Assembly (NCBI GenBank): GCA_036300205.1
Contig: JAXJGV010000056.1
Span: forward strand, 7,685 to 71,684
Direction: 5' to 3'
DNA from: Oscillospiraceae bacterium
Lineage (GTDB): Bacteria > Bacillota > Clostridia > Oscillospirales > Oscillospiraceae
Length of the DNA: 64,000 nt
The notes under the pieces are model-generated. The model was not told the DNA's origin, made no database searches, and saw nothing but the letters and a program-made list of their open reading frames with translations. The position numbers and the translations under genes are program-made. Positions 48,338 through 58,161 of the stretch are shown one piece after another; the stretch's first letter is position 1; each line of letters opens with the position of its first letter.

Positions 48338-50635
48338 TTATACAAGTAGTTTTTGATTTTTCTGTCTGCTGACAAGTGTCGCCTGTCCGATCTCCTTGCG
48401 TTTTTCCTCCAAGAGTACCGGTTCATCTTCAAATACTACTTCAAAGATCGCCATAGCTCGCTGGTGGTGAAGCTGCGCCTGGGCCGCATCGCCCTTTACC
48501 ACGCAAACACTTCCCATTACCTGCTGAATCAAGCCATAATCCAGGCACTGATCGGAATTGAGTTCTTTCACCGTCCTTGCCAACTTCAGCAGCGCAGAAT
48601 AGGCCCGCTGGGGTTCTCCCAAGTCGGTAATCAATGCTGCGTAATTGCAGATCTGCGTCACACTGTCATGGTAGCCGGTCAAATTGTATTCTTCCAGTAG
48701 CTGCACCCCCTGTTCCATGTACAGCTTAGCAGGATCCGTGCATCCGGCTTTATGATACAGCGCTCCCAAATTTGCGTGAAGATTTGCCGCAAGATGGGCA
48801 TTACCAGGATGCACATCACCCAAAACTTGAATTGCTTCCTCTACCAATTCGATTTGTTTTTTGGTGTTCTTCTCCAACACCGCACGGGCATCCAGCAGGC
48901 AGGCACGGTCAGCAGATGTTCCAATGGAATCATCGGCCAAGATGGCTGTCATTTCCTCAATGATCACCTGCATACCGGATTCATAGCGGTACTTGTCCAT
49001 ATACTGGAACACATTCTCCAGAAACAGCAGATACTTTGCAGTATCGTCTTTCCGGATCGTTACGATGATGCTTTCAACGGTGTGGAACACCTGCTTGTTA
49101 TTCATAAACTCCAAACCGTGCATCAGGCTGATCTCCTGCAAACTGTCCAGCAGCACAGAGCAGTTGCGAACAGAGGGTTTCAGTTCCTCCACCGCTACCT
49201 CCCGGATCATGGGGTGCAGCAGAATCTCCCGGTTGTTCTTAGGGTGAATGAAGCCCATTTCCATCAAATCGTTGATGGTATTCATGTTCTGCTGATCCAT
49301 CCATGCCGCAAACCGTCTTGAGGAAATACCATTGCCAGGAATGAGGGTCATACAGCGCATAATCTCCTGTTCGCTGCCTGTGAGCTTATACAAAGAAAAC
49401 AGACTATGAATATGGTCATAGTAGGTAGCTTTCTTGTTTCTGCCGTCCTTGGTAGTGCCGATCTTATCGTCTGCATCCAGGGCAGCTTTTTCCTTTTGGA
49501 GCTTGGTCAGCAGTGCCTTAGGTTTCAGCAAGCCGTTTGCCAACAACCTTGCTGCCAGTTCCACAGCAAAGGTATGTCCATGGAGCAGGGCAATGATTTC
49601 CTTGATCTCGTCCTGCTTTCTCTCTGCTTCCGGGAAGAACTTGCCCACCAGTTCCACCAAGGTGTCCGGGTTCAGTTCGCCTACCTCCAGCGAAATGTGG
49701 TTTTCATATCGGCTGCGGGTGGTGAATAGAATTCTGCAACGGTACTTCAGCATCACATCCAGGAACTGATCCTGGGATGCGGTGACATTGAAGTTGTCCA
49801 CGATCAGCAGGGTATCTTCCCGCAGGCTACGGAGGAAGCGGTTATGCCGCTTGAACCGGGCATCGTCACTCTCGTCTGGCATATCGTCTGCAAAGTCCAG
49901 ATCGATCACAGCCTGCTTCAGATCGCCGGGATAATTTACATAGATGACATTGGTGTATTCCTTGCCATATTGCTTTGCATAAGCCTTGGCAAGCTCACTT
50001 TTGCCGATACCGGGAATGCCGTGCAGAAACACCTTGCTATGATCTACCAGCAGGGCATGAATCTGCTCCAACTCCGTTTCCCGTCCAAGGAACCACCGGC
50101 AGGGTCTGGGAATATCGGTATCGAAGATATAGTCCACAATAGCCGGAGACAGATTGCCCGGTGTCAGAAGCTGCTTCTTCCGCACATCCCGCTTTTCAAA
50201 GCGAAGCTGCATCGCAAGACAGAGGATTTCCATTATGAAAATCGCTTCATCGTTGTCATCTTCAAAGGTATATCCGTCCGTCAGTTCCATCTTCTTTTGC
50301 GGGGACACATTGGGAGCCTGCAGCACAAGGTCATACAGTTCCTGGGCTGCCATGGCACTATCGGGCATCATCGGCAGCAGCATATTTTTAATGCGGCTAA
50401 CCAGCTTCCTTTGATTGAAGCTGTCCTGGTAGAAGCTGATAATATTGGGACTTAGCCTTGCCAAGCCATTGATCCACCGGCAAACCTGTCCCTGGTCAAA
50501 TTCCATAGCCGTCTGCGGACTGAATCCCATGTCCAAAAATAAGGAATCCAAAAAATCCGCCTGATTGCCAAAGTTTTCATCCGGGATATTCCGCCGCAAC
50601 ACCGCCATCACCGATGCAAAGTCCAGTCGTTCCAT
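48338..50635 (-). CDS. STAND/NB-ARC-like NTPase with TPR tail and possible N-terminal HTH
   Basis: FLGRE, GIPGIGKS, LLIVDN, ILFTTR, LHPMIRE, TPR-like helices. Confidence 0.85.
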   Translation of the reverse strand: MERLDFASVMAVLRRNIPDENFGNQADFLDSLFLDMGFSPQTAMEFDQGQVCRWINGLARLSPNIISFYQDSFNQRKLVSRIKNMLLPMMPDSAMAAQELYDLVLQAPNVSPQKKMELTDGYTFEDDNDEAIFIMEILCLAMQLRFEKRDVRKKQLLTPGNLSPAIVDYIFDTDIPRPCRWFLGRETELEQIHALLVDHSKVFLHGIPGIGKSELAKAYAKQYGKEYTNVIYVNYPGDLKQAVIDLDFADDMPDESDDARFKRHNRFLRSLREDTLLIVDNFNVTASQDQFLDVMLKYRCRILFTTRSRYENHISLEVGELNPDTLVELVGKFFPEAERKQDEIKEIIALLHGHTFAVELAARLLANGLLKPKALLTKLQKEKAALDADDKIGTTKDGRNKKATYYDHIHSLFSLYKLTGSEQEIMRCMTLIPGNGISSRRFAAWMDQQNMNTINDLMEMGFIHPKNNREILLHPMIREVAVEELKPSVRNCSVLLDSLQEISLMHGLEFMNNKQVFHTVESIIVTIRKDDTAKYLLFLENVFQYMDKYRYESGMQVIIEEMTAILADDSIGTSADRACLLDARAVLEKNTKKQIELVEEAIQVLGDVHPGNAHLAANLHANLGALYHKAGCTDPAKLYMEQGVQLLEEYNLTGYHDSVTQICNYAALITDLGEPQRAYSALLKLARTVKELNSDQCLDYGLIQQVMGSVCVVKGDAAQAQLHHQRAMAIFEVVFEDEPVLLEEKRKEIGQATLVSRQKNQKLLV

Positions 50636-50653
50636 CTTTTCACTCCCTTTTGC

Positions 50654-50681
50654 TCAATTTCCGCTCAATTGGCGTTCAATG
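50654..50681 (-). repeat. 28-bp inverted repeat, arm B
   Basis: Partner of 48262-48289; immediately upstream of the NTPase RBS. Confidence 0.85.
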
Positions 50682-50866
50682 CAAACCTCCTGCGTTTCCT
50701 CTATAATGAGGGTACAAAAAACCTAAGATGACTCTATTATACAAGCTTCTTCAAGAAATGTGTAAACAAATTGCGAACATATATTCGATAAGAAGTGACA
50801 AGGTTCGACATCTTGGGTTTCCAGTATTCCGGGCAAGCGCCCAAGGAGGTGACCGTTATCCGAAGC

Positions 50867-51064
50867 ATGGCACCGATCAATCTGATCGTGTATTACCCCA
50901 AAACCGAAGAAGGCCAGATAGAACTGGCAAAACGGGTGTCCGATGTCCACGCAGCCGCAGTAACCCAGCGAATCAAATCGCTGAACTGCCCCTCAAGCCA
51001 AAAGCTGGAACTTTTGGATGCGGTCATCGAAACCGTGAAAGAAAGAAGCAGGGAACAGACTTGA
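50867..51064 (+). CDS. Small protein, candidate recombination directionality factor (start uncertain)
   Basis: MAPINLIVYYPKTEEGQIELAKRV...; AGGAGG upstream but far from the ATG; near distal end of element 1. Confidence 0.6.
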   Translation: MAPINLIVYYPKTEEGQIELAKRVSDVHAAAVTQRIKSLNCPSSQKLELLDAVIETVKERSREQT

Positions 51065-51088
51065 TGGAAAGTCTATTCCCTGCTTTTT

Positions 51089-51703
51089 CTATGCCCTGCC
51101 TTTGAAGTGCCGTTCCCAGCATTTTATGCTGATAACCTTTCTGCCGCTCTCCCATTCCTGCAAGCAGCGGACCGGGATTCCCATTTTTCTCGCAAAAGGT
51201 TTCTTGCCCATACCAAAGGATTCCCGATATGCCCGGATGCGGACAGCCTGTCCATCGTACAGGAAATGATTGAACTCATCCAGAAAATCTGTCACCGGAA
51301 CACCGTAGAACTGCGCCAACCGGTCCACCTTCTCCGGTTCAATATGCTGCGTGAACCCTTCCTCGATGGCCTTGTAGACACTGTGGGTCATACCCACCTT
51401 GTCTGCCACTTCCACCTGCATCAGACCTTTGCTGTGTCTGCACCAGCGGAGCCTGTCCGGTACATTATCGATCTCCTCATATCTGCGATACCGCTGATTA
51501 AACTGGGTCGCCTCCAGAATCTTCCGAGGGGCGCACAGTACAAAACTATGTATGTATAGAGGTGCATACCTCACAATGGAATTCTGCGTCTGGGAAAGGA
51601 CATACAAATCACCCGATAATCGGTCTAAAATGCGCCATGCAGGCCGCTTGAAACCTTGGGGTGCAATCCGCCAATTCTTAAAGTCGTTGGTGTGAGGGTA
51701 GCA
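51089..51703 (-). CDS. Double XRE-HTH reading frame, open up to the att core, no convincing own start
   Basis: [21 protein letters not shown] and [21 protein letters not shown]...WESG; no stop between 51703 and the TTG at 51607. Confidence 0.8.
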   Translation of the reverse strand, partial: CYPHTNDFKNWRIAPQGFKRPAWRILDRLSGDLYVLSQTQNSIVRYAPLYIHSFVLCAPRKILEATQFNQRYRRYEEIDNVPDRLRWCRHSKGLMQVEVADKVGMTHSVYKAIEEGFTQHIEPEKVDRLAQFYGVPVTDFLDEFNHFLYDGQAVRIRAYRESFGMGKKPFARKMGIPVRCLQEWESGRKVISIKCWERHFKGRA

Positions 51704-51840
51704 TTTTCAACACACCGGGCCGCATAGGTTGCCAGTCTGGCCCCTTTTGAGGGGTCAAAGGTGGTGATTCCTTTGATGAGGCCGATGGTGCCGATGGAGA
51801 TCAGGTCCTCCTGGTCTGATGTTTGGGCGTAATACTTTTT
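51702..51840 (-). CDS. sigK: sigK middle segment (region 2; not in ORF track)
   Basis: Manual translation [46 protein letters not shown]. Confidence 0.95.
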
Positions 51841-53468
51841 AGACGGTTGATGCTCGTGGGTAGGTTATGAGGCGAGTAAATCGCCTCATATTGCTGCCCC
51901 AACTTAAGGTATATATCCAGATGGATTTCCTCCTTGGTACTCTCCTTTTTCACAACAATTTTCTCCAAAATTGTTGTAAGAAGTGCCGAATTAGGTCCCC
52001 CTTCAAAGCTCAATTCCCGGTCGAGAACCCGCCGGATTTCAGCTTCATTCAGCTTGCTGTCGGCTGCCCTCTCTTCCTCCTGATGGATGGCGGAAAGCTG
52101 GCTTTCACACTCCCGGAGCCGGACATTCAGGGCATCGTTTCGCTTTTTGAACTCGGGTGCATCCAGCGCCCCGGCAATGCTCAAATCCAGCAGACGGTCC
52201 TTCTTTTTCTCAATCTCCTCCATTTCCTCCTGCACCCGGCTGCGGAGCCTGTCATAGTCCACCTCCTTGGGGACGCTGGTAATCACCTTCACCAGAGAAT
52301 CGATGATGGTCTGCTTATCCTTCATCAGTTCCTTGAAGATTTCCGTGAGAATTGCATCCACCTCACAGCTGCGAATCTGAGGGGCAGAACAGCCGGAGCG
52401 GCCGTGGCTGCGGTACACCTTGCACTGCCAGACCTCCTGTTTTCCTTTTTTGTTTTCCAGCACCTGCCTGTGGAAGGTAGTGTTGTGCTCCTCACAGATG
52501 ATCTTTGCACTGTAGGGATACCTATTTTGAAAGCTGACGCCGCTGCTGTGACTCATGGTTTCTTCTCTCCTTTTCTTGTACAGGGCATTTGCACGATCCC
52601 ATAATTCTTCTGGAACGATGGCGGGAATGGACGGGTCGGGGTACATGACCCATTCACTTTCATCCAAAAATGCTTTCTTTTTGGTGCGGTAGTCGAGGCT
52701 GGAGGTCTTGTTGCCGCAGTACCAGCCCTTGTATTTGGGATTCTCCAAAATATGCCGAATGGTCAGGGTGTTGAAGGCATTCCCCTCCCGGCTGGTGTAG
52801 CCCATCTCCGTCAGCTTCTTGGAGATACTCCGTGTACCCAGCTTCTGGTTGGCGTAAAGATCAAAGATAATGCGGATGATCTCCGCTTCCCCTTCATTGA
52901 TGGTCAGAACACAATCCTTTTTGTCGTAGCCATAGAGCTTATCATTGCCCAGCACATGGCCGTTTTTGATTGCCTGCCGGAAGCCAAATTTCAGTCGTTC
53001 GGAGAGCTTGCGGATTTCATCCTGGGCAACACCTGCCATGATGACCAGCCGGAACTCGCTGTCCGTATCCAGGGTGTTGATATTGTCGTTCTGGAACAAT
53101 ACCCCCACATTGTTTTCCAGCAACTCCTGGGTATATTTGATGCTGTCCAGTGTGGAGCGGGAAAACCGGGAGATTTCCTTGGTGATGATGAAGTCAAACA
53201 TCCCGGCTTTCGCGTCCCGAATCATGCGGTTAAAATCATCCCGCTTCTTTGTGGTGCCGCCGGAAATGCCCTCGTCGATGTACCCCGGCACAAAGCGCCA
53301 GTTGGGCTTGCTCTGAATCAGCTCCGTGTAATACTGCACCTGATTTTCCAGGCTGTTAATCTGTTCGTCCTGATCTGTGGACACCCGGGCGTAAAAGGTC
53401 ACCCGGAGGGGCAGGTCGTAAATCGACCGCCCCGCCCGCAGCTCAGCACGGATTCTTCTCACATCCAT
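51801..53468 (-). CDS. Large serine recombinase of element 2
   Basis: [25 protein letters not shown]...WQC...C; last 40 nt lie in the sigK middle segment. Confidence 0.95.
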   Translation of the reverse strand: MDVRRIRAELRAGRSIYDLPLRVTFYARVSTDQDEQINSLENQVQYYTELIQSKPNWRFVPGYIDEGISGGTTKKRDDFNRMIRDAKAGMFDFIITKEISRFSRSTLDSIKYTQELLENNVGVLFQNDNINTLDTDSEFRLVIMAGVAQDEIRKLSERLKFGFRQAIKNGHVLGNDKLYGYDKKDCVLTINEGEAEIIRIIFDLYANQKLGTRSISKKLTEMGYTSREGNAFNTLTIRHILENPKYKGWYCGNKTSSLDYRTKKKAFLDESEWVMYPDPSIPAIVPEELWDRANALYKKRREETMSHSSGVSFQNRYPYSAKIICEEHNTTFHRQVLENKKGKQEVWQCKVYRSHGRSGCSAPQIRSCEVDAILTEIFKELMKDKQTIIDSLVKVITSVPKEVDYDRLRSRVQEEMEEIEKKKDRLLDLSIAGALDAPEFKKRNDALNVRLRECESQLSAIHQEEERAADSKLNEAEIRRVLDRELSFEGGPNSALLTTILEKIVVKKESTKEEIHLDIYLKLGQQYEAIYSPHNLPTSINRLKSITPKHQTRRT

Positions 53469-53631
53469 GTGCATCCTCCTTTCCACGCTCATTATCCCAG
53501 AAAAAGTCCGGCAAGTCCAATGTGCCCAGGATTTTGTTCCGGGATTTGTCGTGAATGTCCTGCGTAATCAGTTCCTTATCCAAAAGCGTCTGCAATAAGA
53601 CGCACATAATATCCTGCTGCACCTCGTTCAT
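53443..53631 (-). CDS. Small protein overlapping recombinase start, candidate directionality factor
   Basis: GAGGTG RBS; LLQTLLDKELITQD. Confidence 0.6.
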   Translation of the reverse strand: MNEVQQDIMCVLLQTLLDKELITQDIHDKSRNKILGTLDLPDFFWDNERGKEDAHGCEKNPC

Positions 53632-53683
53632 CCGCACTCACCTCGTAACACCCTATGCGTATCCTTTCTCATCATGCCGCACC

Positions 53684-54538
53684 TCATCGTTCCTGCGCCC
53701 GCTGCCGCTTGCGGCAGTCCGCTTCCAGCAGCTTCAAAATCCGCTCCTGAATCCGGGCGACGCTGTAGGTTTTTGGGAAGAATTTACGCAAATCCTCCAC
53801 CCGAAAGCTGATTTTTTCCTGCTGGTTGGCCTTGGGCTCCCGGAGGATTTCAAAAATCTTATCCATATTCAGTTCCCCGGACTGGCTCAGCTTTTTCAGC
53901 TGGACGGCTTGGGACAGGGACGGGGTGCAGTCCTCGCTTTCCATGGTTTCCAGCAAATCCTGCTGCTCCTGTCCGGTCAGATAGGACAGCTCCACCGCCG
54001 GGGTCAGGGCAATTTTTCCGGCATCCACCATACTGAGAATTTCAGGAATTAGTTCGGTGAGACGAATATAGCGCAGAACTTGGTTCTTGCTGTCGCCACC
54101 ATCAAGACCGATTTTCTCCACAGTCAGCAACTTCTCCCCAAGTTGGGGAGAAGTCTTTCCCTGATGATTGAGGGCGTCTCTTTTCAGCTTGTAGGCAAAC
54201 GCCTTCTCGCTGGGCAAAATCTTCTCCCGGTGGAGATTGCTGTCCACCAGCGCAATGGCGGCGGCGTCCCGGTCGAGGGCATAAATTAAGGCAGGAACCG
54301 TTTCGATTCCTGCCTTTTGGCACGCGTGAAGTCTTCTGTGCCCGGAGATCACTTCATATTCGTCATTATCCAATGGACGGACAACCAGCGGGGTCAGAAC
54401 GCCCTGTGTCAGGACACTCCACACCAGCTGATTCATTTCATCATCGTCTTTCACCTGAAAGGGGTGATTTTCAAAGGGGCGCAGCTTTTGAATCGGCAGC
54501 TGCATAGCCTGTACTTCTTTGGTATTATTCAAGGGCAA
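53684..54538 (-). CDS. ParB/RepB/Spo0J-family protein
   Basis: HPFQV, GVLTPLVVRP, YEVISGHRR, VDSNLHRE. Confidence 0.92.
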   Translation of the reverse strand: MPLNNTKEVQAMQLPIQKLRPFENHPFQVKDDDEMNQLVWSVLTQGVLTPLVVRPLDNDEYEVISGHRRLHACQKAGIETVPALIYALDRDAAAIALVDSNLHREKILPSEKAFAYKLKRDALNHQGKTSPQLGEKLLTVEKIGLDGGDSKNQVLRYIRLTELIPEILSMVDAGKIALTPAVELSYLTGQEQQDLLETMESEDCTPSLSQAVQLKKLSQSGELNMDKIFEILREPKANQQEKISFRVEDLRKFFPKTYSVARIQERILKLLEADCRKRQRAQER

Positions 54539-54586
54539 TGGTTTCCTTTCTTTCAGATTCTATATTGCAATATCGTGCGTTCTCCA

Positions 54587-54802
54587 TCATCTATCCCTCC
54601 GTTTCTGCCAGACGAGGTCATACCCCATCACATCGGCAAGCTGGATGGCCTCCCGGTAGCGCAGAGAGCCACGGGTCAGCTTGTTGGAGAAGTTGGAAAT
54701 GCTGTCGCTCCAGCCGTATTCCTCGGACAGCAGGTCAACTACCTGCTGCATGGTCATGCCGGAGCGGACGATGATACTTTTGATTTCATTTTTCACATTC
54801 AT
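54587..54802 (-). CDS. Small HTH-like regulator
   Basis: EIKSIIVRSGMTMQQVV...NFSNKLTRGSLRYREAIQLADVMGY. Confidence 0.75.
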   Translation of the reverse strand: MNVKNEIKSIIVRSGMTMQQVVDLLSEEYGWSDSISNFSNKLTRGSLRYREAIQLADVMGYDLVWQKRRDR

Positions 54803-55172
54803 AATCATACCTCTGATTTCTGTATTGTGATATCAGCATCGAAACTGCCGATATCGGTTATACGGTTTTGATATCGAGTCTTCGGAACAATGCAAAATTG
54901 CACGAAACCGCAGAATAAATACACGCTTCGCACCAGCGCGATGCGGTGTAATTCTCCTGCGCTTTGGCATAGCATTTTTCTGTTTAGGGCTGCACCGCAT
55001 AATTCGGCAAGGAAGCTCAGCGAGAGATTTTATGCCAGTTCAAAGTTTCAAAAACGGGGGAATACTGTATGTATTTCCCGTTTTTGAAACTGCAGAAATG
55101 GTGCAAAAGATCCGCTGAGATCCGCAGACGCAATTGTGCGGTGTTGCCTTAGATAAGTCTTTGGAAATATCC

Positions 55173-55349
55173 TCACATTTCGGACTGTTCCTGATGCCTT
55201 TTCCGGCATTCGTACCGCCTGCAGCTGACGATCTCCGCCCGGAAGGTCTGCTTGCAGCGGCGTTCGCAGCTCCGGCAGATGGAGTTGAACTGTATTCGCC
55301 CTGCCTGATTGCGGAACAGTTCCCACTCCTGGCCTGTGTATTGCTTCAT
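55173..55349 (-). CDS. Small Cys-rich hypothetical protein
   Basis: AAGGAG RBS; CRSCERRCKQ. Confidence 0.6.
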   Translation of the reverse strand: MKQYTGQEWELFRNQAGRIQFNSICRSCERRCKQTFRAEIVSCRRYECRKRHQEQSEM

Positions 55350-55417
55350 TCTGGTTTCTCCTTCTGTTTTTTGTTGATGGTCTCTTGTCTGCAACAAATG
55401 CAATAAATGCAGGAAAC

Positions 55418-57835
55418 TCAAATCGCCTTCATCGCGGCGGGGTTTATCAGCAAATGCACATCCGGCGGTCTGCCGGTTCCATTGTATTCCGGCTGGGTGA
55501 TTTTGAGATAGCCGTACTCTTCCAGCAGCTCCAGAATGGGAAACAGTTCCTCCGTCTTGGAGAAATACTTGCCCCGGCAGTTCTGAAACAGCTGGGAGCG
55601 CTTGATATCCATAACCTGCATTTTCCGAATCTTCGCCCAGACGAATTTCGCCTTCGCGATGTTCACATCCGCACCCATGGTGGAGTAGGCATGCATGGAA
55701 TGGGCAAGGAAGTACTTACCGATCTCCATAGCCCGTCCGACGGTTTCCGCAGAGATTTCGTTTTCTCCTTCCGCCATATCCGCAGCATGGAGCAGCCCCG
55801 CAATCCGTAAGATTGCGCCGATGTACTTTGCCGCCCAGTCCGGAAAAATCTGCCCTTCCTCAACCATGAACTGTTCGTGTTCTTCAAAATAATCCGCAAT
55901 CATTTCCTCTGCCCGCTGGGACAGCACCAGCGTCTGGGGCTCCTCACCTGTGGGCAGTGCCATCAGCCGAAAGATCAGTTCCCGATACTTATCCCGAACC
56001 TCTTTGGGAATTCCCGGTGTGCGGAAGGTTCGAGTGCCAATCCGGGAGGTAGGAAAGGAATACAGAAACCTTGCCAGCAGCCCCCGCCCAACCATGGTCG
56101 TGTTTGCCATGATGCAGTCCAGCACATTGGGCTGCACAGTGAGGATCGCTGTCAGGCAGGGATTGGGAATGTACTCTGCCTCCCGGCTCATACGATCCAC
56201 GGAAATCGGATCACCGCTGTGGGCTTTCAGCCAGGTATCCAGATTAGCTGTGCTGCTGTAGCGACCAGCCAGAATGTCAAAAATACCGCCCTCTGAGGAA
56301 ATAACCGACAGCGTACCGCCGTTGTTCGCAAGCAGATTCGTCAGTGCCTCACTGGAGCAATCATCAGCAAAGAATCTGCGCGGTTTCTCCACCGGTATCG
56401 CTTCCAATTCATCCTCCAGCTGCTGCAATTCCAGTTCCATTTCCCGGTTTTCTTTGGATTCCAGCTTCTTTTTAATGCCTGTGATCTGCCTCTGTAGTGC
56501 CTCCCTCTTTCGTTCACTGGTGCGAATTTCCTCTGCGTGGTCAGCATTGAACTGCATTTCATAATCATACAGCACTCGGGTCATATCCCGGATGACGCCA
56601 GATTTCCGTTCGCCTGGGGCTGCAATCACCAGCGTGTAGAGGTTCAGCGGCTCGTAGTACCCCGGCATGCCCTGTACCCGGAACTTCCCCTGCAAGGCGG
56701 TTGCCAGCACACCCAGACCGATTACCGCCGCCATTCCGGGAGAAGTCTGACTGTTTTCAGAAACAGCGTTTACATAATCTCTGACCACTGGTGGAAGTGC
56801 AGCCACAGGAAAACCCGGCAGTTCCCCGATGGCAGGTGTCAGGGGAATCACCGGCAAAAACTCCGGCTCTGCGTCACACTTGGGCTGGTAGGTTTCCGAA
56901 CATTTCTGGATCGCATTGCGAATGGTGATGGCACCGTAGGTACTGCCGGACTGGGGCCTGTCCCACTTCTCTCTCATAAGGCCCGAGGCTCGGAACAGCC
57001 GATCCATCTGCATGGCATTCCCGCCTGTCCAGAATGCTAGATGGTTGCACAGCGCCATGTCCGCTTCGGAAGGTGACTGGAAATTCCCGGTATCCCCACA
57101 GTACAGCTTCCAGAAGCGGTTTCCATTTTTGCTTTTCCTCGCCTTATCCAGAAGGTCGCTGTCTTCCGGTGCAGGGGCGGCAGGGCCGCCAGCCAATGCG
57201 TTACCAACTCCTATAGCGACTGTTACACCATTGGACCCGCTCGATTCGATACTGCGACAAGAATTTACTGCATTTATTGCATTTCTTGCAGGGTTCTCGG
57301 GTCGCAGCATAAATCGTTCCAGAACCTCTTTCAGCTCCTCCGTGCGGTCACCAAACTCATACCACTGGCAGATATCTCCTGTGAGGGTCACATATTTGCT
57401 GGTGGCTCCGGCAACATACACCTCCACCCCGGCTTTATGATTCATTGTGTAGTAGCGCTGGCTGTCATACTGGAAATCCTTTGCGAAGAAATACAGGTGC
57501 AGCCCCTTTTTGCTGGGGCTGAACTCTGTGTAGGTGTGCATGATCTCCACAATGGTTGCCGCCGGTTCCGTGAAATAGCCGCTGTCGGTGACGCAGTTGT
57601 CCAGATCAATGGCGCACAGTCCGCCAAAGATTCCAAGACCGATGCCGTCATACCCCTGTGCCAGGAGGGCGGTTTCAAAAGGGGCAAAAGTTCCCGGGTC
57701 GTTGCTTTTCGCCATCTGCCCGGTGTTGGGATTGTAGGGGACTTTCGTTTTTCTCCCACCACGCTCTTCCATACGCCAGCAGCAGAATCTGCCTTGCGCC
57801 AGAATCTCGGGTGGAACTTCGTGATAGTTGTTCAT
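55418..57835 (-). CDS. Primase-polymerase fused to DUF3987 (YfjI-like) helicase-type domain
   Basis: KVPYNP, AIDLD, EFSPSKKGLH, SEADMALC...FW, APGERKS, RGLLARF. Confidence 0.85.
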   Translation of the reverse strand: MNNYHEVPPEILAQGRFCCWRMEERGGRKTKVPYNPNTGQMAKSNDPGTFAPFETALLAQGYDGIGLGIFGGLCAIDLDNCVTDSGYFTEPAATIVEIMHTYTEFSPSKKGLHLYFFAKDFQYDSQRYYTMNHKAGVEVYVAGATSKYVTLTGDICQWYEFGDRTEELKEVLERFMLRPENPARNAINAVNSCRSIESSGSNGVTVAIGVGNALAGGPAAPAPEDSDLLDKARKSKNGNRFWKLYCGDTGNFQSPSEADMALCNHLAFWTGGNAMQMDRLFRASGLMREKWDRPQSGSTYGAITIRNAIQKCSETYQPKCDAEPEFLPVIPLTPAIGELPGFPVAALPPVVRDYVNAVSENSQTSPGMAAVIGLGVLATALQGKFRVQGMPGYYEPLNLYTLVIAAPGERKSGVIRDMTRVLYDYEMQFNADHAEEIRTSERKREALQRQITGIKKKLESKENREMELELQQLEDELEAIPVEKPRRFFADDCSSEALTNLLANNGGTLSVISSEGGIFDILAGRYSSTANLDTWLKAHSGDPISVDRMSREAEYIPNPCLTAILTVQPNVLDCIMANTTMVGRGLLARFLYSFPTSRIGTRTFRTPGIPKEVRDKYRELIFRLMALPTGEEPQTLVLSQRAEEMIADYFEEHEQFMVEEGQIFPDWAAKYIGAILRIAGLLHAADMAEGENEISAETVGRAMEIGKYFLAHSMHAYSTMGADVNIAKAKFVWAKIRKMQVMDIKRSQLFQNCRGKYFSKTEELFPILELLEEYGYLKITQPEYNGTGRPPDVHLLINPAAMKAI

Positions 57836-58161
57836 GCTTGATCTCCTTTTCAAAATCGTATGTATGCCGTTCTGCCCGAACCAGTTCCTACCCGGCATTT
57901 CCCCCGGCGTTTTCTCCTCCTAGGCACGCTCATAGTCACCGCGATGCTTCCCCGGAGGACATATCCCTTTCGGACGGTCATTCAGTTTTCAAGCTTCACC
58001 CGTAGTCCCAAATGCGGTTTTCGTTGCATTCGGGCAAGCAACTCTGTCCGTATTCTACAACATAAAAAGGCCGTTTCCCGGATATCCGAAAGGATGGAAA
58101 CAGCCTGTGATATTCAGAATTTCCACGCTTATAGACAAGCGTGTTATAATGGAAGAAAAGA

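Larger units (their letters stand above)
31459..51706. mobile_element. sigK-intervening element 1 (skin-like, 20,243 bp between cores), integrative mobilisable element
   Basis: Direct CATTT cores at 31459-31463 and 51702-51706; 24/28 inverted arms at 31464-31491 and 51675-51702; terminal serine recombinase. Confidence 0.93.

Noticed and set aside
51702..51840. sigK middle piece as a target-duplication remnant or decayed pseudogene
   Set aside because: It overlaps the 3' piece only by the 5-bp core, has no lesions and joins exactly in frame.
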